This document shows positions 36,320 to 49,200 of a stretch of DNA of 64,000 bases, one piece after another (the first letter of the stretch is position 1; every line of letters starts with the position of its first letter). The position numbers were made by a program, and so were the translations under genes. The DNA is from Selaginella moellendorffii. Its lineage: Eukaryota > Plantae > Lycopodiophyta. The stretch lies in contig NW_003314265.1 of assembly GCF_000143415.4 (NCBI RefSeq), positions 324,405 to 388,404 on the forward strand. Direction: 5' to 3'. The notes under the pieces were generated by a model. That model made no database searches and had not been told where the DNA came from. It saw nothing but the letters and a program-made list of their open reading frames with translations.

Positions 36320-39286
36320 ATGGTGAATTCTCCCTTCCCGCGGCAGCCCAAATCGATGGGTTTCGTCCAGGGGAATTTGTTCTTCGATCGCGAGGCTCTT
36401 GGGGAGGTGGTGGTGCTTCCGGTGGGCGATGGATTCCTGGTTTGCTGGAACCCGGACAAGGGGGGATTTTTAAGCGTGGAGCATCGCAGCGAGCCAGGTA
36501 GAAGCCTTTGGTCCACAGCTCCTGGGTTTTCTTTCGTCACCGCGGCTCTGGGAGTGGAAACGGTGGAGGAGTTTCGGGGATCGTTTGGGATCCATGACGA
36601 GATCAAGCTAATTTGTAAGCACCAAAGTGTTGACAAGATCCTCTCTTTGGCGGGCTCAAGCGCTCAAAGTCAGCTAGCGGATGATCACGTTTCGTTGTCA
36701 AACCAAAAAGATGGAGATGGGACCCCGTTGTCCGTGAGTGGGGGCTCGTCAGTGGTGATCACTGGGACTTTGTTCTCGGCAGAAACAGCGTTAAATTCTC
36801 CGCGGCCTTTCTTTCGTAGGAAAGACTGCTCCAACAGTGTTGCTGTCTGCTACACGCTTTGCTTCACAGAGAAGAGGCCTCACCACCTTGGTTTTACGAT
36901 CAAGCTTGATAAGCCGTTCTGGATCGCGCCACCAAAACAAGCGGAGAACTATTATCACGAGCTCCAAGCCGATCTTAAAAGTGATTTTGACGTGCTAGAG
37001 AGGATTTGGTCGGAAGGATCAATTTTTAGACGGAGAAGCTATGGCTCGCTAAGAGTTCGACCGGTTGAGCAAACCAGTATTGACGAAGTTCCGGATTTTA
37101 ACAGGGTCCAGCTGACGTACATCTCTCACAGAAACGAACGATTCTTTGGATTTGGCGAGCAGTTCTCTTGCTTAGATCTGAAAGGACGGAGAGTGCCGAT
37201 CCTCGTTCAGGAGCAAGGCGTCGGAAGAGGTGACCAGCCTATTACCGCTGCAGCAAACATTCTATCTTACAGGTATGTTTCAAAAGTTTCAACTTGTTTC
37301 TGGAATTTCTCTTTCTAGATCTGGAGGAAGCTGGCACACAACTTATGCACCATCGCCATATTACATGACCTCCGATATGCGGTGTTTGTTCCTTGAAAAC
37401 TACGAGTACTCCGTCTTTGATCTGCGTCGTCACGATCGAGTTCAAATACAAGTAAGTTCTGTTTCTGTCTCTCCTTTTCTGAATTGAAGATGAGAGTGAT
37501 TCAGGTGCATTCGGGAACGATGGAAGGCCGGGTCTTACATGGACAGACACCCGCAGAGCTGCTTATGCGCTATACTGAAAGCATTGGAAGAATGCGAGAG
37601 CTTCCGGACTGGATTCATCAAGGGGCTGTCATTGGCATGCAAGGTGGAACGAACGCTGTGAATAAAATACATGCTGAACTTAAGAAGCACGACGTTCCTA
37701 TAGCTGCCTTCTGGTTGCAAGTTCGTATTTCTTTTCTCCATTTTTTTTTCACCTCCGACTTCTGTTAAAGATTTCGTTTTCTTTGTGCACAGGACTGGGT
37801 TGGCCAAAGGAAAACAAGCATAGGATGGCAACTTTGGTGGAACTGGGAAGCAGACACGGATCATTACCAAGGATGGGGGGAGCTTGTGCAAGAGCTCAAA
37901 TCTCAGGGCATTCGAACAATGACGTACTGCAATCCTCTCCTCGCTTGTGTAAGTCTCTTTTCAGAGTTTCCTTTACGATGCCAATGTCTTACCTTGAATG
38001 TAAAGGTTGAGAGCAAGGAAGCGAAACGAAGAAATATGTTGCAAGAAGCTTTAGCTGAGGGTTTCTTGGTGCGTAAGCCTGGTGGAGGCGTCTACATGAT
38101 TAAGAACACGAGTTTTGACGCAGCGGTCATTGATCTTACAAATCCCAAAGCTCGTTCCTGGCTGAAAGAGATACTGAGAGACATGATCAGTACTGGAGTT
38201 TCGGGATGGATGGCGGACTTTGGCGAAGCCTTACCTTTCGACTCGGTCATTCACTCAGGTAGTTTTTGTGGATGCTTTACTGGATGGTGTCTGACAAGCC
38301 TGTATACAACAGACGAGAATCCAGCGCTCCTTCACAATCGATTTCCCGAGCTGTGGGCTCAGCTCAACAGGGAGGTCGTCGAAGAATGGGAGCAAGAGCA
38401 CAAGTTACAAAACGGTGACATCGACAAACTTGTCTTTTTCGTGCGAGCGGGGTTTATGAGAAGTCCGAAGTGGTCGACCCTGTTCTGGGAAGGAGATCAA
38501 ATGGTAAGCTGGCAGAGGAACGATGGCATAAAAAGCGCTGTTGTTGGACTGCTGAGCAGTGGCATCTCCGGATACTCTCTGAATCACAGTGATATTGGCG
38601 GCTACACAACGGTGAATGTTCCATTTCTAAAGTACGTGCGAAGTGAGGAGCTTCTCATGCGCTGGATGGAGCTCAACGCCTTCTCTGTGATTTTCAGAAC
38701 GCACGAGGTACGAGAAAGAGGTTCTTAGAAATGGTTTGCAAAACTTTCCTTTTCCAGGGAAACGATCCTGGAGCGAACTCTCAGTTTTACACGAATGCGC
38801 GAACTTTCCAACACTTTGCTAGGTGCGCAAGGATTTTCAAAGCGTGGAATTTTTACCGCAAGGAACTTGTCAAGGTGCGTATAACTCCTTGCATAGATTC
38901 GCGCTTACGCTTGGAAGGAATGATTTTTTTTTGCAATCTAGGAAGCGGCAAGTCGAGGTATGCCCGTCGTGAGGCACCTCTTCCTTCACTATCCACAGGA
39001 CGAGTTCGTGCAAAGAATCACTTACGAGCAATTTCTAGTTGGCTCGGAGCTTCTCGTCGTTCCAGTGCTCAACAGAGGCAAACGAAAGGTCCGTGCTTAT
39101 TTTCCAGCGGGAGACGTGTGGGTGCACGTCTGGACGAACAGGAACTACGGCTCCGCGGAGCAATCCTCGAGTGCCTGGATCGATGCACCGTTTGGACTTC
39201 CAGCCGTGTTCGTCAAAGCCGGATCGACAGTTGGATCAACCTTTATGTCCAACTTGGCCTCTCTCGATGGTGTCCCGGCCTCGTGA
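36320..39286 (+). CDS. Glycoside hydrolase family 31, YihQ/sulfoquinovosidase-like
   Basis: FFGFGEQFS.LDLKGRRVP, EQGVGRG, GMQGG, WLQ/DW...LWWNW, nucleophile GWMADFGE, acid/base WEGDQ, HSDIGGYT and FRTHE/GN. Confidence 0.9.
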
Positions 39287-39364
39287 CATTGGGAATATGC
39301 TTAACCGGTCGATTACACCGTGGCGCGGAAAGGAACTGTTTCAAACAGTTTTGGCTACAGGGAG

Positions 39365-39946
39365 ATGGAGGAGCGGCTAGACGCGGCGGTGGCGCTCGAG
39401 GATGACGAAGAGAAACTTTGGGAGGAAGAAGAAGGAGAGGAAGACCCGGAGGATGATCCCGGACGAGCACTGGAAGCGGTTGAGGAATTGCTGCGCGAGA
39501 GAGAGGCGTTCATCCGGAAAGTGAGAGCGAACGAGATGAGCTTGGAGGACCTTTGCAAGCACGTCACTGAGGTTGGTTTCTAGTTTTCGCGGTTGCTCTC
39601 TTTAGTTTTTCTCACTAGATCTCGAATTGCTCAGGCAAAATCCAGGGCCGAGAAGGAGAGAGACGAGCTTACGTCTCAGATCGACAAGCTCAAGTTTAAG
39701 ATGGCATCGCAGTCTGTGTTGATCGATCAGCTCAACGAACAGGTAGCAAAAGAAAACCCCTCTCTCGTTCTCTCGTTTTACTTTTTTTCTTGGAGTTTTA
39801 TCGAATCAAAAACTGGAATTTCACAGGTTGGAACTGCGAGGAACAACGTAAAAAACCAGCGCGAGCAGCTGGAGATATATCTCCAAAAGGAGAGGCAAGA
39901 GGAGCTCCAAGAGAACGCTTTGGTGGACGGTGGCGATGGTCGCTAG
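39365..39946 (+). CDS. Small acidic coiled-coil hypothetical protein (three exons)
   Basis: MEERLDAAVALEDDEE...KHVTE/AKSRAEKERDELTSQIDKLK...NEQ/VGTARNNVKNQREQLE...; consistent phase-0 GT-AG introns. Confidence 0.6.
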
Positions 39947-40216
39947 AGAGAATCTTACGGTGGCCGGGGTTTCACGCTCGTATAGGTCGGGACGGCCTAT
40001 ATGAATGGACGTTGATAGGAAATGTAAAAATTTTGGTGCTCGTTTTAAATTCTTACGGCTTTGCCGCTCGCGGCGCTCATATTCTAGGGCTCTGCGTGAT
40101 CGATCGCGATGCCTCTACGAAATCGGTAAATGCAGGTGTACCGATCGATCCTCTTCCAGTTCTAGGCCGATCGCACCTGGGTTCTTGCGGTTCTGGGACG
40201 ATCGTACTTAGCCGCG

Positions 40217-43200
40217 ATGGAGCAAGGTGAATATTCTAGTGATCAGGAGGCGCCGGATGCGATTATCGGCAGAGGGAAGAGCTCCTGCGACTCGGCGCCA
40301 GGGAAATCGCAGCATGTCGAGTGGATGGATCCGAAATCCATCAGGTTCTCACAGCGGCCGGTGTTTGAAAAGAGTGTGGCTTTGCTGAGGAAAGGCGCTG
40401 GGAAGGAAGGATCTTCGCAGTGCTTTGCGCAGGTCGCGGCGGAGGGCAGCCTGGAAGGGCTGCTGGCCAAGCTGAGAGATGGCTCGGTCGGGGTGGAAGA
40501 AGTTCCACCCATTCGCGTCTTCTACCACGAGAATGCGTGGTACACCTTGGACAACCGGAGGCTTTGGGTGTTTAGGGAGCTTGGGAAGCGCATCCCCGTG
40601 GAGGTTGTCGAGGCCTCCAAGGAGTTTCTCAAGAAGCTGGAGCCAAAGTTCGCTGGGAGAGAGGTTTCTTTCCGCAATCCAGGAATGGCCGCGGAGGAGC
40701 AGACTCTTTCACGCCAAGTTCTGGCATGGTCTTTGGACAACATAAACAACGAAAGCTTGCTCGTCAATCAGGTTGGTTTTCTTCTTTTTGCTCTTGGTGA
40801 TTGGCTTCGAATGACTGTCTTGCTCTCGCCAGGTTGACAAAATCCCCTTGGAGTTCCCGGCTTTGAAAAACTATCTGAGTGTATTCCGACCTCTTCTACT
40901 TGAAGAGACCCGCGCCGCCTTGCAGCAAAGTCTTGAGATGATCAACGAGTTGCCTTGCGTTCTTGTCGAGATGGGCAAGGAAGTCCCTGTTCGGGATGGC
41001 GATGACAAGATCAGAAGGTTTAAGATGCAAGTTTCGAAAGACATACTAAAGCCGAAGGATTTGGTTCTCCTGACAACAGCAGAGCCAGACTGCCTGACGA
41101 TTCTGCGAGATAGTGGCGAGTTTTATACTCTTGGTCTTATTATCGCTGGCGACGACATGGACAGTGACGAGCTCAAAGTCGACGTATACGCTCCTATCGA
41201 CAGTTCCGAGTACGACCCCTTCCTTGAAACCAATCGACCGTGGTATGCTGTCTACTTGAGCTCCCTCGCCACTGGAATGCGAGTTTGGGAGTCTCTGAAA
41301 CGTCCTTCTCTGGCTCTAGCATCTCAATATCCTATATTTCAAGAAGTTCTTCAAGCAAACTCGGTAAGAAACTTCATGTTTCGTTTACATATCTAGTTAA
41401 GACGCGTTTTTGTTTTGCAGGGTGAACCGGAGATATATGACGTTGAAGGTATGACAAGCTCCGAGATTAGTTGCGCAAGGTGGTTTAAGCTCAACGATTC
41501 TCAAATGGAAGCTGTCTCGAGGACTGTTATCGCTCTGAAGAGGGAACAGAAGCCTTATGTCAGACTGATCCAAGGACCGCCCGGAACAGGAAAGACATCG
41601 ATGCTTATGGCTCTGATCTCTGTGCTTGCCGGCTCCAGCAAGCGCATACTTATGTCTGCTCCGACAAATGCCGCCATAACTGAGGTTGTGGTGAGGCTTT
41701 TTACGTCGATAACAAAGCAGCCCTCTCCTTTTATCGGGTGTACAAGGACCGTATGTCCTCGTGACGTCGTGTTGGTGGGCAACAAAGAAAATCTTGAAGT
41801 GGATGACAACGAGATCCTTGACGCTGTTTTCCTTCAGAGCAGAGAAGAACGATTAGCGACTGTCCTCGCTACTGCTTGCGGGTGGCAACAGAAAGTTCTT
41901 TCTGTCGTGGACTTTTTGGAGAATGCAGAAGAACGCTATAGGCAGTATAAGCAGGATAAGAAGCCCGACGAGCCTGCCGAGAGCTTCCTGGACTTCTCCA
42001 GGGAGAGAATGACGTTTCTTGGGGATCAGATGCTGAGTAGCATTGACTTAGTGTGCAACGATCTGCCGTCCACCTTTCTCAAGTCTACTGATATCCTTGG
42101 AGCCAGACACCACGTCACCGAGATCAATGCAGCCTTTGGACGATTTCGCGAAGACTCTGAAGTTCTGAACTACGTCAGTTCTACTTCAGGGGCCGCAGCA
42201 GCTCTTCTGAACCTGTTGAAGACAAACATGGATTTTGTGACGTACCCGCCTGGTAAAATTCCTACTGGTGAAGAACTTCTGCGGCACGCGTCTGTAGTCT
42301 GCTGCACGGTCTCCTCTGCAGGCACGAGAATTGTGCAGAATACCTCTCGACATTTTTATACAGCGGTTATCGATGAAGCGGGCCAGCTTGTGGAAGCAGA
42401 GACAGCAATTGTGATGGGTCTACAAAACTTGAAGCAGCTGGTATTAGTTGGGGATCACAAACAATTACCAGCGACTGTTATAAGCAAGGTAACTTTTCTT
42501 GGTCAATAGCCTCCTGGTTTCATCTGAAATTTCGCTTCTCGTGGTTTCCCAGATTGCTCAGGACTACAGCTATGGCAGAAGTCTTTTTGAGAGGCTGCAG
42601 CTCCTCGGACATCCTAGTATAATGCTCAACGTTCAGTACCGTATGCATCCTTCTATCAGTCAGTTTCCAAATTTCCAGTTCTATGAAGGTGCAATCTGCG
42701 ACGGGCCAAATGTTGTGGATGACTTCTATGGCCAGTTATCACAATCGCAGCTCTTTGGTCCTTACACATTTTTAAACGTGCACGGTGTTGAAACGAAAGA
42801 CGAAAAGCACAGCAAGAGCAATGCTGTGGAAGTACTTGTTGTGATGCACCTCCTCAAGATGCTTCACCAATCAGGTGCTCAGACTTTTTATTCTCCTGAA
42901 ACTGACTTTTGTTTCCAGGCGAAAAATTACAAGTAGGCATAATATCTCCATACGCTGCTCAGGTGAAGGCCATCAACGATCGGCTTAAGTCCTGGGACCA
43001 TGGAAGTTTAAGTATCAATTGTCGTTCTGTCGATGGATTTCAAGGACGCGAAAAAGATGTTATTATCTTGTCCACCGTTCGGTCAAATGTTGGTGGTTAC
43101 CTGGGTTTTCTCGAAGATCATCGACGATTGAACGTTGCAATAACTCGTGCAAGGTAGCTTTCGACTTGCCTATCGAGCATCTTACAGCTGAAAAGTTTTG

Positions 43201-46200
43201 TTGTAGGCACGTCCTTTGTATTGTTGGTAACGCCAACACTTTGGAATCCAGTGACGGTGTTTGGAGACAGCTTCTCAACGATGCGCGGCATAGGAAATGT
43301 TATAGAGAAGCTTCACAGGATTCTACCGTAAAGAGAACTATTCAAAGAGCTATGGCGGAAATTCATCAGCTGGAGTCTCTCGTGGATCCCCGGTCAGATT
43401 TTTTTAGCAATAACGTTTGGAAGGTAAGACTCAAGCTGTTTAGAGTCCTGTAATGCTAACAAAGAGCTGGTTGCAGGTGTTTTTCAGCAAAGAGTTCAAA
43501 GCCAGTTTCACGTCCATCTCGTCGGGATCGACAAAGTTGCATGTGCTAAATGCCATTCTCAACCTTGCCAATGGACGTCGTCCGAGACACGCGTTTACGG
43601 CCCCCGTTCCCACGAAGCGAAACTACGTTCAGTTCCATCTTACGATGGAAATGTATCTAGTTTGGACGGTTGACTTGGACGCTGATTGCACAGTTCAAGT
43701 CCTAAAGTTCTGGGATGTTCTAAAGCTTGACGGCCTTCCTAGGATTGTCAGCCGTCTTGAGAACCTGTGTGCTACATACTCGGGCCCTTATTTAAGACGA
43801 TCGAGCGAACGCCTTACGGACGGGTACATATGTCCCAACTTCTCAATATTGAAGGGACTCACACTATCTTTTTGTAGGAAGGTGGCCGTGCCTGCTAGAT
43901 GGAGCTCTGGAGCTGAAATAGAGCGGCATAAGTCCTTGAAAGAGATTGCAAGCTCTGAGGCGAACGGGGAGACCACGACTGGCGAGAACTCAAGCGTGTC
44001 AGAAAGCTTACTGTTGATGAAGTTTTATTCTCTATCAACAGGTATTGCTAGACAGCTCTTAACAGCCACCGACGGTAGCCAAATCGATCCTCCATTCGAG
44101 GTAACAGATCAAGAATCTCAAGTTGTTAAGTTCCCCTGGAGTTCCTTCGTCGTCGGAAGGTCGGGGACAGGAAAGACAACAGTTATAACCATGAAGCTGC
44201 TTAACCGAGAGCAACAGTTTCGTCTATCTCATGGGCTCGCTGAAGGTGAATCTCCGGGTCAAACTGTAGTACGTCAAGCTCTGATAACTGTCAGCTCAAA
44301 ACTATGCGCGGCAATTAAGTTTCACCTTCAAAGGACACGCAGGTAAGAGTTCAGTGCCTTTTTTGTTTGATTTAACTTTTGAAATCATAGATCTCTTCAG
44401 CGAAACAACGCTGTCAACAAAGATGACATGTATGAGAGAGAAGGCTTAATGCTGGACGAGGAAGCAGAAGAAAAGTTGTTCAGCGACATACCTGACAGTT
44501 TCGTCGACATATCCCCGCAAGCATTGCCTCTCGTCATCACGTATCGAAAGTTTTTAACCATGCTCGATGGCAGCGTTCCGAGACCTTTTATCGCCAGGAG
44601 GGACATGGAGACAGCGCAAGGAACTTTTATTAGAGTTGAAGATTGCGACGACAGCGATCGCTTCGATACAAATGACGACATTGATATCTCTTATGAAGCT
44701 CCGAAGACATCTCAACGGATTCAGCGCAGAAAAGAGGTGGATTTTGATTGCTTTGCCGCAAGCTATTGGCCGCATTTGAACTCTAGCTTCACCAAAATGT
44801 TCGATGCCTCAGTCGTCTTCACCGAGATCATGTCATCGATTAAAGGAAGGCCTGAATCTCTACGAAGCCATAAAGGACGGCTATCTCGAAATGACTACGT
44901 TTATATGTCTTCTTATACTTTGGACCAGAGCCAACGAGAAAATATATATGAGCTTTTTCTACAATACGAGAAGCTAAAGTCACAGCGAGACGAGTATGAT
45001 ATATTGGATCACGTCAGATATCTATATCGACAGATCGAGGGTGGGGAACCGTTAGGACCGAAGTTTCAGTTTATATACGTCGACGAGGTCCAAGACCTCA
45101 CTCTGGCTCAGATCAGTCTTCTCAAGTTCGTTTCTGACAACGTTGCAGAAGGATTTGTTTTTGCTGGAGACACGGCACAAACAATCGCTAAAGGCGTAAA
45201 CTTTCGCTTCGAGGATATCAGGAGTTTGTTTTACAAGGAGTTTTTGGAAATTGACGACAGGAGGCAGATCACGAAAGATGGGAAGTTGCGGAAGCAGGCA
45301 CTATGTAATATCCATCAGCTGACGCAGAATTTTAGAACTCACAAAGGGATTGTCGACCTCGCGGACAGCATTATGCAGTTGCTGTTGTTCTTCTTTCCGG
45401 AAACAGTTGACAAGTTGGAACCGGAGCGGAGTTTGATATGTGGTGAGAAGCCCGTTGTTGTGAAGTCCGATGAGAATTACAACCTCATCACCTGCCTATT
45501 TGATCGCAGTGGAAGGTTTGGACGGGAGTCCGACTTTGGAGCCGAGCAGGTGATTCTAGTGCGAGATGGTGAATCCAAGCAGAAACTTTTAAAGCGACTA
45601 CAAAGCTTGGTGCTTACTGTAGAAGAATGCAAAGGTCTCAATTGATAGAAGTTGAGCGATTTAAATAACAGTCTCTTCAGGATGTTCTACTGTACAACTT
45701 TTTTGCGCAGTCGAACTTCGGCTCTAAGTGGAGAACTCTGTACACCTATCTCGACGAGACAAGTCTTGTGAACTGCTGCTGTCAGGGATATCCCAAGTTC
45801 GAGAAAAGACTTCACAACATTCTGTGTAACGAACTGAAGCAGCTATATGTGGCTATTACAAGGTCCAAGCAGCGTCTTTGGATATATGACGAGGACTTTA
45901 CTTTCCAGCAGCCCATGCTAGACTACTGGATCACGAAAAACTTGGTTCAGTCGAGAAGTCTGGACGAATCCCTCGTTTCTTCTTTCCATAGAATCAGCAC
46001 CCGGGAAGAGTGGCTACAACGAGGACGCCAGGTTAGTTTCCAATGCTCCACAAGTCTCTTCATAAACTTACGTGTTCTTATTGACAGATGTTCAACGACC
46101 GCCAGTATGATATGGCTGTCTTGTGCTACCAACGAGCTCATGATTCGTATAGAGCTCAGTGGGCACAAGCTGCTCTGCACCAGCAAAATGGGGAGAAGAA

Positions 46201-49200
46201 TCTCGTCTGGAATCCCACCATAGCGACTCAGCAGCTACAAGACGCAGTGAACCTTTATGAGAGAATTGCGAAGTTCGAAGCTGCGGCAAGATGTTTGACG
46301 AAGATCAAAAACTTTAAGCAAGCTGGTAATTAATTCATGTAATCGTGATACGTAGCGATCGTGAATTACTAACGTTTCTGTCATTTCCAGGTGTATTGTA
46401 CAGGGACAAGTGCAATCCGTCGCGCTGGGAAAACGCTGCTCAATGTTTTGAACAAGCAAAGATTTATGATGAAGCAGCAGAAGCATATGCCATGGTAGAA
46501 GATTTTCAGAGTTGCTTATCCGCATGCCTGGCTGGAAAGCTGTTTGAGAAGGGGCTGAACTTTATCCGGGACCGAGAACAGCAAGATGCTTCATTCCTCA
46601 GCAATAAGTACGTGGTGAATCTCTTGAAGACCTCGGCGGAGCACTATCACAGAAAGAAGGACGTTGACAGGATGATGAAATTTGTTCACGCGTTTCCGGG
46701 CATTTCCATGAAGCGGGACTTTTTGAAGAGGCGTGACTATCTGGAGCAGCTTATGCAAGTGGAGTTCTTCTACATGAACTACGAAGAAGCTTCTCAGGTA
46801 GCCGAAGCGAAAGGAGATCTTATAGCCGCTGCAAAGTTCCTAGAACTAGCTGGACATCGAGCCGAAGGAGCTAGAAAAATCATCAAACACATGCAGCTGA
46901 AACTTCTATGGGCGAACAACAACCTGGGGTGGCCTTTGAGGCCTTTGGAAGATGAAAAGCTCGTCACTGAGGCTCACAGAATGGCAAAAGGGGATCCTCG
47001 AGCAGAAATCCAGCTTCGAGTCCTAAGAGATGACGACGACCTCTCGCTGTCAGATGTTTTCGAGAACTGGAAGCTGGCGAAAGACGACCCGACTATAAAC
47101 ATCATAGTGCTGCGTCAGCTCTTGGAGAAAGGTCTAGAGTTGGCTAAAGGTTCGACTTCGCTCGGGCTTCTTACTCTACAGGTTTTGGACAGGCCGTTGA
47201 GAACAGCTAGTGACATGACCAACACTCTGCAGTTTGTGGTCGCTGTTTGGAACACTTGGTTCCAGAAGATAAGCTCGCTGCTGAAGGCACTGGCAAAGAT
47301 CGAGAAAATTATTCCGCAAGGCGACGCACTTCTGGATTCTTGCTTGGAATTTATGGGCGTTACTCGGCACCATCTTCCCGGGCTGTGCATAGTGGAGGAC
47401 AGCATGGTTGACTGGCTGAAACGGGGTGGAGACTGGACCGTCGGCAGTGGAAAGGCACAGCTGAAAACGGAAAAGTTTCTGTCTCTAGCAACAGATTTTT
47501 GGCGGGGTCAGCTAGAGTCGACGAGCGCAATCTTCTGTGAAGTGCTGGAAAGCCACGCAGGCAATGCTGGTGGAGCCGAGAGCTGCCTGTCAGTGTTGAA
47601 GATTATGGACGTGGTCAGTAGCTTGGGGAAGTCCGAAACTCACGAAAGAAGACTTCGAAGTCTCAGGATGGAGCTTTTCCGGTGTTTATTCGTACGCCGA
47701 GGGAATACTCCCGTTAGCTTACGGGACCATCCCAAAGTTACTCCTCACCTGGACGCGCTTGCCAGAGACATTACAGCAGCGAGTGATTCGGTCGAAGAAA
47801 CAGTTATGCTACAGATTCTGGGACCTTATTTGAGGAATGGTCCCGGGCAGGATTTTATTGCCAACGAGTACTGCTACCACTTTGCGATGCCGATAAGCCA
47901 GTGTGCTCAAGGGCTGCACGACATCTTTAGCATGGAAGGCTTCCAGCATTATATCACTCCGTCGATGTTCATCTACATGCTGGAGCGAATACTTGTTTCT
48001 AGCACTGCGTGCTTATCACACATCGTGGAGGCAACGCTCCCGGAAAGCCTGGCTATGGAGTTTATGACGGGGTCTACGCAGGAAATTCTGTACACGCGGA
48101 TGTTGAGGATGGGCTGCTCCGTGGATAAATTTTGCAAGAGTGTTGGGACAAACTCTCTGGAAGTCATTCAGAAGATTTGCAGTTCTCTGCTACTCGGATA
48201 CCGCCTGGACAAGTGGTTGCTCGATATCCCAAAGTCAGAGGTAGTCTTTCGGATTATTCGAGTGCTCTTAACCATTTTCATGGAGTTTGAGAACCAGGCA
48301 GTGAACAGCCACATATTCCGAGATCTGAGGAGCTTGGTGACCCGGCAGTCTTCTGCGCTGGACCATCTTCTTCCGAGCTTGAGGCAGGGGCTGCAGTGCC
48401 TCTTCGAGACAGGTGCAAACTACAATCACTTCCGGATACTCTTCTGCCGGTTCATGATTGAATGCGGCGATCAGTTTCTGCTTCTGAGGCGGAGAGACAA
48501 ATTCAGGCATGGATTTAAGTCTCGGTTCCAGACTTATGTCAATGTGGAGCCGGAGCCGTGGAAGTTCAGCCTGGCATCACTGCAGCAGCCGGATGATTTG
48601 ATGCTGCAAACTGTGGATGCTGAGGAGGAGGAAGTTGATGAAACAACGGAGCTGAAACCTTCCGAGGTCGAGCTGACATTCGAGTGTCCGGAGCCAGAGA
48701 TGACGGCTCCCGCAAAAGAAGAAGCATTGTCTCCATGGTACCTGAAAGTTGGCGATTCGAAGCTCGGGTTTTTCGTGGTCTGGAGGCTGCTGAAAAAGCT
48801 GCAAGTTGCCAGAGAGAACTTGGTCCAGGATGACGAGTATGTCCGGGAAGCCAAAAACGCGTTTAGCACTATGGCTTGTAAAGACGACGGCTACGTTTCG
48901 TCATTCATCTCCGAAGTGTGTCCTCTAAAGGTCTGCGTACTTTCCTTTCTCTTTTTCCCTCCGGTTCTTTGTAACACTCTCCTGGCAGGCGGACTTGGTG
49001 AGTTTCGTGCTGGACATGGCTTCCGCGATTGAGATTCTGAAAGGCCGAACCTTTGCCGGTCAGGATGGGCAACTCAAGGCCGATCGAGACGACCTCGTGG
49101 AGAAGATGAACGACTTCAAGTGCGAATGCGAGGCTTTGTTGGAGCTTATGGATCCTAGGTGAGTGAAGTGTTTGCTTTGCTTGTATGGATGATCTATAAC

